DNA of 64,000 nt from Oscillospiraceae bacterium (GTDB taxonomy: Bacteria; Bacillota; Clostridia; Oscillospirales; CAG-272), in assembly GCA_015064205.1 (NCBI GenBank), contig SVSR01000001.1:55840-119839 (forward strand). Direction: 5' to 3'. Below, one piece after another: positions 7,206-16,787 of the stretch. The position numbers and the translations under genes were made by a program. The notes beneath the pieces are model-generated. The model did no database searches and was not told the DNA's origin. It saw only the letters and a list, made by a program, of their open reading frames with translations. Numbering within the stretch: the first letter of the stretch is position 1; each line of letters opens with the position of its first letter.

Positions 7206-10200
7206 ATGGCAAGAAGAAAAATCTCCATGGACGGTAACACCGCTGCCGCGCACGTAAGCTACGCGTTTACGGAAGTTGCCGGAATCTATCCTATCACTCC
7301 CTCCAGCCCTATGGCGGAAGTGACAGACACATGGTCGGCTAACGACAAGAATATCTTCGGCGAGCCTGCAAGAAACATCTTCGGCGAAAGAGTCAAGATG
7401 ATCGAAATGCAGTCCGAAGCAGGTGCGGCTGGTACCGTACACGGAAGCCTTGCAGCCGGCGCTCTTACTACTACATACACTGCATCTCAGGGTCTGCTTC
7501 TCATGATCCCGAACATGTATAAGATCGCAGGTGAGCTTCTCCCTTGCGTAATTCATGTATCTGCTCGTTGCGTAGCATCTCACGCCCTCAACATTTTCGG
7601 CGATCACTCTGACGTATATGCATGCCGTCAGACCGGTTTTGCTATGCTTGCTGAGTCCAATCCTCAGGAAGTAATGGACCTTGGCGCTGTTGCTCACCTT
7701 GCAACAATCAAGGGCCGTGTACCTTTCCTCAACTTCTTTGACGGTTTCCGTACATCTCACGAGATCCAGAAGATCGAAGCATGGGAAACAGAAGACCTCA
7801 AGGAAATGGTTGATATGGACGCTATCGCACAGTTCCGTGCACGTGCAATCAACCCTGAACACCCCGTTCTCCGCGGTTCTGCAGAAAACGGCGACATCTT
7901 CTTCCAGCACAGAGAAGCATGCAACAGATACTATGATGCACTTCCCGCAATCGTTGAAGAATACATGGATAAGGTAAACGCTAAGATCGGTACCGACTAT
8001 AAGCTCTTCAACTACTACGGCGCAAAGGATGCAGACAGAGTTATTATCGCTATGGGCTCTATCTGTGACGTTGCTGAAGAAGTTATCGACTACATGCTCG
8101 CAAACGGCGAAAAGGTTGGTCTTATCAAGGTTAGACTTTACAGACCTTTCGCAGCTGATAAGCTTATCGAAGCTATCCCTGCAACTGCAACAAAGATCGC
8201 AGTTCTTGACAGAACAAAGGAACCTGGCTCACTCGGCGAGCCTCTCTACCTCGACGTTGTTACAGCTCTTGCAACACACGGTGTAAAGAAGACGGTAGTC
8301 GGCGGACGTTACGGACTCGGTTCTAAGGATACAACTCCTGCATCTGTATTTGCAGTATTCAATAACCTCGCAAAAGACGAACCCAAGAACAACTTCACAA
8401 TCGGTATCGTGGATGACGTAACAGGTCTTTCTCTTGAAGAAACAGTTGCTCCCGATACAGCTCCTGCAGGCACAATTGCTTGTAAGTTCTGGGGTCTCGG
8501 CGGCGACGGTACTGTTGGTGCAAACAAGAACTCCATCAAGATTCTTGGTGACCACACAGACAAGTACGTTCAGGCATACTTCCAGTACGACTCCAAGAAG
8601 ACCGGCGGTGTAACAATTTCTCACCTCCGTTTCGGCGACCAGCCCATCAAGAGCCCGTACTACATCACAAAGGCAAACTTCGTTGCCTGCCATAACCCTG
8701 CATACATCTTAAGCGGTTATAAGATCGTAAACGACGTTAAGCCGGGCGGAACATTCCTTCTCGACTGCCAGTGGGACGCAGCACAGCTTGAAGAAAAGCT
8801 TCCTGCATCCGTAAAGAGCTACATCGCAAACAACGACGTTCAGTTCTACACGATCGACGCTACTTCAATAGCTATCAAGGAAGTTGGTAACGCAAAGGTT
8901 AAGAATACAATACTTCAGGCAGCGTTCTTTGCTCTTGCAAAGGTTATGCCTATCGACGAAGCTGTTGAATACATGAAGAAGGCAGCTACAAAGTCATACT
9001 CCAAGTTCGGTGACGCAGTTGTTGCTCAGAACCACAAGGCTATCGAAATGGGCGCAGGTGCACTTGTTAAGGTTGACGTTCCTGCAGCTTGGAAGAATGC
9101 CGGCGAAAGCGCTCCCGAAGCACCTGCAACAGGCACACGTCCCGAGCTCGTTGACTTCGTTAACAAGATCGTTAAGCCCGTATCCAAGATGGACGGTGAT
9201 TCACTCCCCGTTTCCGCATTTGCTGATATGGCTGACGGTACATTCCCGCAGGGCTCATCCGCTTACGAAAAGCGCGGCGTTGCAGTAAGCGTTCCTGTAT
9301 GGCATGCTGAAAACTGCATCCAGTGTAACAACTGTGCGTTTGTATGTCCTCACGCAGCTATCCGTCCCTTCGCTATGAGCGAAGAAGAAGCTGCTAATGC
9401 TCCTGCAAGCACAAAGTTCACAGAAAAGCCTGCTATGCAGACAAATTATAAGTTCACAATGGCAATAAGCCCGCTTGACTGTATGGGTTGTACGCTTTGC
9501 GTAAAGGCATGCCCCGTAACAGCAAAGGCTATCAAGGACGGCACAGACAAGAAGGCTATCGAAATGGTATCCAAGGATTCTCAGCTCGAACAGCAGGCAG
9601 CATTTGACTATGCAGTTGCAAACGTTGCTGAAAAAGAACTTCCTTACAAGCCCGATTCAGTTAAGGGCAGCCAGTTCAAGCAGCCGCTTCTCGAATTCTC
9701 CGGCTCTTGCGCAGGATGTGCTGAAACATCTTATGCACGTCTTATCACACAGCTCTTCGGTGAAAGAATGTACATCTCAAACGCAACAGGTTGTTCTTCA
9801 ATCTGGGGCGGCTCGGCACCTGCTACACCTTACACCGTAAACCGTGAAAGCGGACGCGGTCCCGCATGGGCAAACTCACTCTTCGAAGATAACGCAGAAC
9901 ATGGTCTCGGTATGGCTCTCGGTCAGGGCGCTATCCGCGAAAAGCTTATCTCTAAGGTTGAAGAAATGGCTAAGTCCGACAAGGCAAGCGATACATTCAA
10001 GGCAGCTGCTGAAGAATATCTTGCTACAAAGGACGACGGTAAGGCTAACGAAAAGGCTACAAAGGTACTCGTTGCAGAGCTTGAAAAGGCAGCTGCAGCA
10101 GGATGCCCCACAGCTCCCGCTATCCTTGCTGAAAAGGATTACCTCTCCAAGAAGTCCGTATGGATCTTCGGTGGTGACGGTTGGGCATACGATATCGGTT

Positions 10201-10799
10201 TCGGTGGTCTTGACCACGTACTCGCTTCGGGTGAAGACGTAAACATCATGGTATTCGATACAGAAGTTTACTCCAACACAGGCGGTCAGGCTTCCAAGGC
10301 TTCCAACCTCGGTCAGGTTGCACAGTTCGCTGCTGCAGGTAAGGCTATTGGCAAGAAGAATCTTGCTGAAATTGCAATGTCCTACGGCTACGTATACGTT
10401 GCACAGGTTGCTATGGGCGCTGATATGAATCAGCTCCTCAAGGCGCTCACAGAAGCTGAAGCATACCACGGTCCTTCGATCATCATCGGCTATGCTCCTT
10501 GCGAAATGCACGGTATAGCTAAGGGCGGTATGCAGAACTGCCAGGCTGAAATGAAGAAGGCAGTTGACGCAGGATACTGGAACCTCTTCCGTTACAATCC
10601 TACACTCGAAAGTGGCAAGCTCATAATCGATTCCAAGGATCCTACAGCTGATTACAAGGAATTCATTTCTAACGAAGCACGTTACTCACGTCTCGCTAAG
10701 TCCTTCCCTGAAAGAGCAGAAGAGCTCTTTGCAAAGGCTGAAGAAGCAGCAAAGGCAAGACATGAAAGACTCGTTAAGATGGGCGAGCTTTACAAATAA
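7206..10799 (+). CDS. nifJ: Pyruvate:ferredoxin (flavodoxin) oxidoreductase, single-polypeptide type
   Basis: 1197 aa. N-terminus MDGNTAAAHVSYAFTEVAGIYPITPSSPMAE, two 4Fe-4S motifs (CIQCNNCAFVCP, CMGCTLCVKACP) and a TPP domain (GGDGWAYDIGFGGLDHV). Confidence 0.97.
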   Translation: MARRKISMDGNTAAAHVSYAFTEVAGIYPITPSSPMAEVTDTWSANDKNIFGEPARNIFGERVKMIEMQSEAGAAGTVHGSLAAGALTTTYTASQGLLLMIPNMYKIAGELLPCVIHVSARCVASHALNIFGDHSDVYACRQTGFAMLAESNPQEVMDLGAVAHLATIKGRVPFLNFFDGFRTSHEIQKIEAWETEDLKEMVDMDAIAQFRARAINPEHPVLRGSAENGDIFFQHREACNRYYDALPAIVEEYMDKVNAKIGTDYKLFNYYGAKDADRVIIAMGSICDVAEEVIDYMLANGEKVGLIKVRLYRPFAADKLIEAIPATATKIAVLDRTKEPGSLGEPLYLDVVTALATHGVKKTVVGGRYGLGSKDTTPASVFAVFNNLAKDEPKNNFTIGIVDDVTGLSLEETVAPDTAPAGTIACKFWGLGGDGTVGANKNSIKILGDHTDKYVQAYFQYDSKKTGGVTISHLRFGDQPIKSPYYITKANFVACHNPAYILSGYKIVNDVKPGGTFLLDCQWDAAQLEEKLPASVKSYIANNDVQFYTIDATSIAIKEVGNAKVKNTILQAAFFALAKVMPIDEAVEYMKKAATKSYSKFGDAVVAQNHKAIEMGAGALVKVDVPAAWKNAGESAPEAPATGTRPELVDFVNKIVKPVSKMDGDSLPVSAFADMADGTFPQGSSAYEKRGVAVSVPVWHAENCIQCNNCAFVCPHAAIRPFAMSEEEAANAPASTKFTEKPAMQTNYKFTMAISPLDCMGCTLCVKACPVTAKAIKDGTDKKAIEMVSKDSQLEQQAAFDYAVANVAEKELPYKPDSVKGSQFKQPLLEFSGSCAGCAETSYARLITQLFGERMYISNATGCSSIWGGSAPATPYTVNRESGRGPAWANSLFEDNAEHGLGMALGQGAIREKLISKVEEMAKSDKASDTFKAAAEEYLATKDDGKANEKATKVLVAELEKAAAAGCPTAPAILAEKDYLSKKSVWIFGGDGWAYDIGFGGLDHVLASGEDVNIMVFDTEVYSNTGGQASKASNLGQVAQFAAAGKAIGKKNLAEIAMSYGYVYVAQVAMGADMNQLLKALTEAEAYHGPSIIIGYAPCEMHGIAKGGMQNCQAEMKKAVDAGYWNLFRYNPTLESGKLIIDSKDPTADYKEFISNEARYSRLAKSFPERAEELFAKAEEAAKARHERLVKMGELYK

Positions 10800-10875
10800 G
10801 ATAAAACGGGAAAAATCTCCCCGTTTGCTATAAGTTTTCATCTTTACTGATGAAAAAATCGCGCATACTTAAAAC

Positions 10876-10909
10876 AGAGCCTCCGCAAAAGCGGAGGCTC
10901 TTAATTTTT
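10876..10909 (+). terminator. Rho-independent terminator after nifJ
   Basis: AGAGCCTCCGC-AAAA-GCGGAGGCTCT followed by TAATTTTT. The stem is 11 bp and perfect. Confidence 0.85.
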
Positions 10910-10924
10910 GGGAGAGGTTTTTAT

Positions 10925-11254
10925 ATGCGTGAGATAGTATTGTCGGTGCTTATATTAGCGCTTGCGGCAACAATGGCATCAGGAATATGCACAAAGGCTG
11001 ATATAATCGGAGTATGGGAGTCGCAAGGCGATATACTTGAGTTATGCCCGGCAGGCAAATGTCGTATAGATCAAAAAAAGGCGCATTACAGGCTTCATAG
11101 AGGCGATAAGGTCACGATATACCAAAACGGTAACAGATATGATTTTTCTTATATGATATCTTTTGATAATAAAACCATGCAGTTTGGAAACAGAAGCTAT
11201 AACAGAATAAATCAGTCGGGTGCGGAAAGGTCGATAATGGAGCTCTTTGAATAA
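10925..11254 (+). CDS. Small secreted hypothetical protein
   Basis: The track ORF starts at 10850 but spans the nifJ terminator. The in-frame ATG at 10925 has SD GGAGAGG and gives a signal-peptide-like N-terminus (MREIVLSVLILALAATMASG). The 3' end overlaps the convergent M23 gene by 43 nt. Confidence 0.45.
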   Translation: MREIVLSVLILALAATMASGICTKADIIGVWESQGDILELCPAGKCRIDQKKAHYRLHRGDKVTIYQNGNRYDFSYMISFDNKTMQFGNRSYNRINQSGAERSIMELFE

Positions 11255-12240
11255 TGCTCGTTTGATTCTTTGTCATAGGCAACTTCTGCTTTGTTTTTGG
11301 AGAGAAAATTTGTAAACTCGTACATATCCAGCCAGATCTGATTCCAACCCTCTTTCTGAGATTTATCAAATATTATCTGCATTCCGAAATGAAGGTGTGG
11401 CACGTTTATATTGTTCGTATCCTCTTTTGAACTGTATCCCGTCATTCCGAGGTAACCGATAACGTCGCCTGCGTTTACGATTTTTCCCTCATACATGTCA
11501 GCGGCATATGGATGACCTTTTCTCAAGTGCGCGTAGTAATAATACCGCTTTGAGTCAAACGAGCGAATACCTATTCTCCAACCGCCGAAACGGTTCCAGC
11601 CCAGAGCTTCAACGATGCCGGATTCAACGGCTACAATAGGTGTGCCCACCGAGCCCATCATATCGTGACCGAGATGCACACGCTTGTAGCCAAAGCTGCG
11701 TGCGGCGCCAAAATCGTCGTAATGATTATAGTAGTACCCTGCGGCTATCGGCGAAAATAGCTTGAGTCCGTATCTTTTTTCATAGTAAAGACCGCTTTCT
11801 TCGTAATCGCATGGGACTGCATACTCGCCAACAAGTCCTCCGAGTACTGCACCGTATGCTTCTTTGTAATAGTTGTAGGTTTTAAGATTCGGAGCGATGT
11901 CTTCAGGCTTCTCGCCAGATCTCAGCTTCTCGCATATTTTATCCATGTCGGCTTTTTTGTAGCTTTTAAAGCTTCCGCCGTATTTTGTTGCAAGTAGGGA
12001 GAGCAGGGTGACAGCATCGGTGTGGACCTCGCTGTTTTTGCTTTCTACGTCATATTTTACAGCGTCTGTAAGTGCTTGTGAACTTATATCGAAGTCTATC
12101 CATTTTATGTATTTTGTGCCGTCTGACGACGTTTGCGTGCTTTTCAGGTGCGCATTATAAGCGATCTGTTGTATGAGCAAAAGAAGCGAGAGCGCACATA
12201 AATATATAGACTGAAGTGCGCGGCGGCGAAACAGATTCAT
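11212..12240 (-). CDS. M23 family metallopeptidase (LytM-type)
   Basis: M23 motifs HLGHDMMG...GTPIVAVESG and PHLHFG. The start was moved to the ATG at 12240 (SD GGAGGT, signal-like MNLFRRRALQSIYLCALSLLLL) rather than the track start at 12300. Confidence 0.85.
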   Translation of the reverse strand: MNLFRRRALQSIYLCALSLLLLIQQIAYNAHLKSTQTSSDGTKYIKWIDFDISSQALTDAVKYDVESKNSEVHTDAVTLLSLLATKYGGSFKSYKKADMDKICEKLRSGEKPEDIAPNLKTYNYYKEAYGAVLGGLVGEYAVPCDYEESGLYYEKRYGLKLFSPIAAGYYYNHYDDFGAARSFGYKRVHLGHDMMGSVGTPIVAVESGIVEALGWNRFGGWRIGIRSFDSKRYYYYAHLRKGHPYAADMYEGKIVNAGDVIGYLGMTGYSSKEDTNNINVPHLHFGMQIIFDKSQKEGWNQIWLDMYEFTNFLSKNKAEVAYDKESNEHYSKSSIIDLSAPD

Positions 12241-12414
12241 GCTTACCTCCAAGTGTGTTATATAATAGTTATGTATGCTAGTGCCTGTGCTAAAAGACAA
12301 GGCGAACGAGTTTCAAATGAAAACAATTTGTAAATTTTCGTTTTGCACAAAAATTTTTATACATCTTTTCACGCATATTATGCAGTTATTTGCCTGTAAT
12401 ATCAAATATAACCC

Positions 12415-12442
12415 TTGCATTTATATAAATTTATGATATAAT
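12415..12442 (+). promoter_or_regulatory. Candidate sigma-A promoter of the nusB cluster
   Basis: TTGCAT (12415-12420), 16-nt spacer, TGaTATAAT (TATAAT at 12437-12442). Confidence 0.45.
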
Positions 12443-12512
12443 ATTATTATCATATAATGGGTAAGTGTAACAATAAACGGATAAAGCACAAAACGAAAGG
12501 CTGGCAAACATT

Positions 12513-12929
12513 ATGAACAGACACGAAGCAAGAGAAGCAGCACTGGGAATTGTTTTTGAAAAATCATTTCAGACAGCGGAAGATGCAGGCAAGCTTTACG
12601 ATACTGCGATAGTTGAAAGAGAGCTTGAAGAGGACGATTACGTGCGCCGCGTAATTAACGGCGTATTTGATAACCTTGAAGAAATAGACAAACTCATAGA
12701 GGGCGCGGCAAAGGGCTGGAAGATAGCGCGTATGCCGGGCGTGTCACTTGCGCTTATGCGAATTTGCACATATGAGATGCTATATGAAAAGGATATACCT
12801 GTAAACGTATCTCTCAACGAGGCGGTTGAGCTTGCCAAGAAGTTTGATTCTGACGATGCTCCTGCATTTATTAACGGAGTGCTTAATAAAATTTCAAAGA
12901 GCATTGACGTGAAAAAAGACGCAGAATAA
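12513..12929 (+). CDS. nusB: Transcription antitermination factor NusB
   Basis: 138 aa. Begins RHEAREAALGIVFE and ends AFINGVLNKI, matching the NusB pattern. Confidence 0.93.
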   Translation: MNRHEAREAALGIVFEKSFQTAEDAGKLYDTAIVERELEEDDYVRRVINGVFDNLEEIDKLIEGAAKGWKIARMPGVSLALMRICTYEMLYEKDIPVNVSLNEAVELAKKFDSDDAPAFINGVLNKISKSIDVKKDAE

Positions 12930-12955
12930 GAAAGCTTTAAGAGGACTTAAAAACG

Positions 12956-13924
12956 ATGAAAGAAGTTAAGCGTGTGTCAATTGGCTTTGATACAAGCAAC
13001 TATACGACCTCGGCAGCTGTATTTGATATTGACAGATCAGAGATTATAGCTAACTTAAAGCTACCCCTGCCCGTTGCAAGCGGCGCGAGAGGGCTCAGGC
13101 AAAGCGATGCGCTTTTTTCGCACATAAAGAATCTGCCTGAGATATGTGAGAAGCTAAAAGAGTATTATAGCTACGGTGAGCTTTGCGCAGTCGGGTACTC
13201 GGCTTATCCGAGGGATATAGAGGGCTCATACATGCCCTGCTTTCTTGCAGGGGTGAGCGCGGCATCTGCTCTTGCATCTGGAGGTGCGCCCGAATATGCG
13301 TTTTCGCATCAGGCGGGGCATATCATGGCGGCTCTCTGGCATAGCGGCAGACGTGAGCTTATTAAAAATGATTTCCTCGCATTCCACGTTTCGGGCGGAA
13401 CAACAGAGGTCTTATACGTAAAGCCCGATAAAGACGGGTTTGACATAAAGCTTATAGGCGAGAGCGAGGATATAAATGCAGGTCAGCTTGTAGACAGAGT
13501 CGGTGTTATGCTCGGGCTTGATTTTCCTTGCGGACGCGAGCTTGAGAAGCTGGCCGCAGGGTTTGATAATAAAAACAAAAAATGCTCTATATTGCAAAAG
13601 GTCACGGTGCGTGGAATATCATGTAATATGTCGGGTGCTGAAAACAAGGCGTCTGCGGCGCTTGCGGGGGGAACCTCAAAGAGCGAGATCGCTTTTTTCA
13701 TACTTGATTTTATAGCAAGGGTTCTTGATAAAATGACACTCTCGGCAAAAGAAAAATACGGAAAGCTTCCCGTTTTATATGCCGGCGGAGTTATGAGTAA
13801 TAATTATATAAAAGCGTATCTGGCAAAAAGACACGATGCGGCGTTTGCGCCGAGTGAATATTCATCGGATAATGCATGCGGCACGGCGATACTTGCCGCA
13901 ATGAAATATATTTCTGATAATTAA
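12956..13924 (+). CDS. Kae1/TsaD-like (peptidase M22 / ASKHA fold) protein
   Basis: 322 aa. GFDTSNYTTSAAVFD at the N-terminus, HxxGH-like HQAGHIMAA, and a GGVMSNNYI segment, all resembling the glycoprotease family. Confidence 0.7.
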   Translation: MKEVKRVSIGFDTSNYTTSAAVFDIDRSEIIANLKLPLPVASGARGLRQSDALFSHIKNLPEICEKLKEYYSYGELCAVGYSAYPRDIEGSYMPCFLAGVSAASALASGGAPEYAFSHQAGHIMAALWHSGRRELIKNDFLAFHVSGGTTEVLYVKPDKDGFDIKLIGESEDINAGQLVDRVGVMLGLDFPCGRELEKLAAGFDNKNKKCSILQKVTVRGISCNMSGAENKASAALAGGTSKSEIAFFILDFIARVLDKMTLSAKEKYGKLPVLYAGGVMSNNYIKAYLAKRHDAAFAPSEYSSDNACGTAILAAMKYISDN

Positions 13925-13942
13925 CAAAAAGGAGGCAGGTTT

Positions 13943-15178
13943 ATGGAGAGAGAAAAGAATATACTCACGGTAACACAGCTTAACGAATACGTGAAAATGC
14001 TTCTTGATAAAAATCAGATGCTTGCCTCGGTATATATCAAAGGCGAGATATCAAACTTTGTAAATCACAGAACGGGGCATTTCTATTTCACGCTCAAGGA
14101 CGAGGGAGGAACGCTCAGAGCCGTGATGTTCAAGGGCGCAAACTCAAAGCTTAAATTTCTGCCCGAAAATGGCATGAAGGTTATAGTCCACGGGCGCGTT
14201 TCAGGCTTTGTTAAAAGCGGCGACTATCAGCTTTATGCTGACGATATGGAGCCTGACGGCATCGGCAGCTTGTATATACAGTACGAGCAGCTTAAAAAGA
14301 AGCTTGAAGCAGAGGGGCTTTTCGATATATCGAGAAAGAAAAGGCTACCCAAGATTCCTTCAAGAGTTGGTATAATAACCTCGCCAACGGGCGCGGCTGT
14401 GCGCGATATGATAAACGTTACGGGAAGAAGATTCCCATTTGCAAAAATAATACTTTATCCCTCGCTCGTTCAGGGAGAGGGAGCGCCTGCTCAGCTTATA
14501 CGGGCGCTTGAATATTTCAATTTGACAAACGGAGCTGACGTTATAATAATAGGACGCGGCGGAGGCTCGATCGAAGACTTGTGGGCTTTTAACGACGAAG
14601 CTCTTGCGCGTGCGGTTGCCGCAAGTAAGATCCCCGTTATTTCTGCGGTAGGTCATGAGACCGATTTCACGATATGCGATTTTGCAGCAGATATGAGAGC
14701 GCCGACACCCTCGGCGGCGGCAGAGATCGCAGTGCCCGATACAACAGAGCTTAAAAGAAAGTTTACAAACGTTATTTCAAGAATGGAGCTTTCGCTTACA
14801 AAAAAGCTTGAAGCATCAAGGCGCAGGCTCGAAGGCGCGGCAAAAAGCAGGGTATTGTCAAACCCGAAATACCTGGTTGAAGATAAACGAATGATGTTAC
14901 TTAATACTTCCGGGCGGCTTGACAATTCATTTTTTATAAGTTTTGAAAAGAAAAAGCAGGAGTTTGCGCTGAAAACGGCAAGGCTTGAAGCGCTGAATCC
15001 GATGTCGGTAATATCGAGAGGATATTCGGCGGTATTTCTTGGAGACGGAACGCTTGTTAAGAGCGTGGATCAGGTCAAGTGCGGAGACACGTTTGCGTTT
15101 AAAACGGCAGACGGTGAGGTAGACGCGCTTGTAACGGGTGTTAACAAAATTGAAAAGACGAAAGGGAAAAAGATATGA
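13943..15178 (+). CDS. xseA: Exodeoxyribonuclease VII large subunit
   Basis: 411 aa. OB-fold N-terminus (VYIKGEISNFVNHRTGHFYFTLKD) and catalytic core (IIIGRGGGSIEDLWAFNDE, SAVGHETDFTICDFAAD). Confidence 0.95.
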   Translation: MEREKNILTVTQLNEYVKMLLDKNQMLASVYIKGEISNFVNHRTGHFYFTLKDEGGTLRAVMFKGANSKLKFLPENGMKVIVHGRVSGFVKSGDYQLYADDMEPDGIGSLYIQYEQLKKKLEAEGLFDISRKKRLPKIPSRVGIITSPTGAAVRDMINVTGRRFPFAKIILYPSLVQGEGAPAQLIRALEYFNLTNGADVIIIGRGGGSIEDLWAFNDEALARAVAASKIPVISAVGHETDFTICDFAADMRAPTPSAAAEIAVPDTTELKRKFTNVISRMELSLTKKLEASRRRLEGAAKSRVLSNPKYLVEDKRMMLLNTSGRLDNSFFISFEKKKQEFALKTARLEALNPMSVISRGYSAVFLGDGTLVKSVDQVKCGDTFAFKTADGEVDALVTGVNKIEKTKGKKI

Positions 15179-15411
15179 GCGAAAAGAAATTAACCTTTGA
15201 AGCGGCACTTTTAAGACTTGAAGAAATAGTAGGACTTTTAGACAGCGCAGATGCGCCGCTTGATAAGTCGCTTGAGCTTTTTGAAGAGGGCGCAGGTCTT
15301 GTGAAGCTTTGCTCATCGATGCTTGATAACGTAGAGCAGAGAGTAAAGGTCCTCACTCAAGACGAGGACGGTATTATGGAGGAAAAGGACCTGGGTCCTA
15401 TCAGAGAATGA
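15175..15411 (+). CDS. xseB: Exodeoxyribonuclease VII small subunit
   Basis: 78 aa. FEAALLRLEEIV...LDKSLELFEEG matches the XseB pattern. A 4-nt overlap with xseA indicates coupling. Confidence 0.9.
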   Translation: MSEKKLTFEAALLRLEEIVGLLDSADAPLDKSLELFEEGAGLVKLCSSMLDNVEQRVKVLTQDEDGIMEEKDLGPIRE

Positions 15412-16295
15412 TGTCGCTTAGTATAGAAGACCGCCTAAAGAAAAGTGCGGCTGAGTTTGAAGAGTACTTTGAAAAGTACTTCAGTTACTGTGATGAAGAT
15501 TTAAAAAGGGTAACGGATGCGATGCGATACAGTGCGATGAGCGGCGGAAAAAGAATACGCCCGTTTATTGTACTTGAAATTTGCGAGATGCTTGGTGGAA
15601 AGTCTGAGGCGGCGATGCCTCTTGCGTGTGCGCTTGAGTGTGTGCATACCTACTCGCTGATACACGACGATCTGCCCTGTATGGACAACGACGATTTCAG
15701 GCGCGGCAGACCGACCTGCCATAAGGTATACGGCGAGGAGTTCGCGCTTCTTGCGGGAGACGCGCTTCTGACGTATGCTTTTGAAATAATAGCCGATGCA
15801 AAGATGCTTGATGAGAGGGCAAAGCTTGAAGCCGTAAAGCTTCTTGCGGCTAGTGCAGGCATTTTGGGAATGGTTGGCGGACAGACGATAGATCTTGAAA
15901 GCGAGGGCAATCAAATAAGCCTTGAAAAGCTTTTAAAGCTACACTCGCTTAAAACGGGCGCGCTCATAAGATGCGCGGCAGGGCTTGGCGCGCTTGCGGC
16001 AGGTGCTGATGACGTGGCACGCAGAGACGTCGATAAGTATGCAGAAAAAACAGGTCTTGCTTTCCAGATAGCCGACGATATACTCGACGTTACGGCAGAT
16101 GAGAAGGAGCTTGGAAAGCCTGTTGGAAGCGATGCTCAGAACAAGAAGGTAACTTTTATGACGTTCATGAGCCTTGAAGAAGCGAAAGAATATGCCGCCT
16201 CTCTTGCAGATGAAGCTAAGAAGTATATAGGCAAATACGATAAAGACGAAATAATGTGCTCTCTTGCAGATTATATTGTAAGCAGAAGAAAATAA
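15408..16295 (+). CDS. ispA: Polyprenyl (farnesyl/geranyl) diphosphate synthase
   Basis: 295 aa. First and second Asp-rich motifs LIHDDLPCMDNDDFRRG and QIADDILD. Confidence 0.9.
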   Translation: MMSLSIEDRLKKSAAEFEEYFEKYFSYCDEDLKRVTDAMRYSAMSGGKRIRPFIVLEICEMLGGKSEAAMPLACALECVHTYSLIHDDLPCMDNDDFRRGRPTCHKVYGEEFALLAGDALLTYAFEIIADAKMLDERAKLEAVKLLAASAGILGMVGGQTIDLESEGNQISLEKLLKLHSLKTGALIRCAAGLGALAAGADDVARRDVDKYAEKTGLAFQIADDILDVTADEKELGKPVGSDAQNKKVTFMTFMSLEEAKEYAASLADEAKKYIGKYDKDEIMCSLADYIVSRRK

Positions 16296-16320
16296 CAGAA
16301 CCTTATAAAAGGAAAATTTA

Positions 16321-16770
16321 ATGGAATATATAAAAGAGTTAGTCAGTAACAAAGCGCTTATTGCCGCGCTTGCGGCGTGGTTTACAGCGCAGTTTATAAA
16401 AATAATTATAAATCTTATACAGGAAAAAAAACTTGATTTCGGGCTTATAATGTCATCGGGCGGTATGCCGAGCTCTCACTCGGCAACGGTTTGCGCGCTG
16501 TGCGTTGCCGTGGCAAGAATATACTCTCTTTCATCTGAGCTTTTCGCCATAGCCGTTGTATTTGCGTTTATTGTAATGTACGATGCGGCAGGAGTCAGAC
16601 GTGCGGCAGGAGAGCAGGCGAAGGTGCTCAACAGGATAGTCGAGGACCTTGCCAAGGGAAACACCGAGTATATGGAGAAAAATCTCAAGGAGCTTATAGG
16701 ACACACCCCGTTTCAGGTAATTATCGGGGCGATACTCGGTGTGTTTATAGGCTTTATTCTTCCGGTTTAA
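16321..16770 (+). CDS. Divergent PAP2 / DUF212 (YuiD-like) membrane protein
   Basis: 149 aa. Contains SGGMPSSHSATV and MYDAAGVRR, hallmarks I recall for DUF212. Confidence 0.85.
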   Translation: MEYIKELVSNKALIAALAAWFTAQFIKIIINLIQEKKLDFGLIMSSGGMPSSHSATVCALCVAVARIYSLSSELFAIAVVFAFIVMYDAAGVRRAAGEQAKVLNRIVEDLAKGNTEYMEKNLKELIGHTPFQVIIGAILGVFIGFILPV

Positions 16771-16787
16771 GACAAGGAGAAATATTT

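Noticed and set aside
7182-10511. Several ORFs overlapping nifJ: 7182-7910 (-), 8229-8693 (-), 9876-10511 (-), plus off-frame plus-strand ORFs.
   Set aside because: All are nested in the 1197-aa PFOR CDS, whose identity is unambiguous. None shows motifs or a ribosome-binding site.
10850-10924. The upstream extension of ORF 10850-11254.
   Set aside because: The first 25 codons run through the strong nifJ terminator hairpin (10876-10909). An in-frame ATG at 10925 has a proper SD, so the gene was trimmed.
12317-12436. A 39-codon ORF (MKTICKFSFC...) in the M23/nusB intergenic region.
   Set aside because: There is no SD, the codon content is AT-rich and Cys/Phe/Ile-rich, and it overlaps the predicted nusB promoter.
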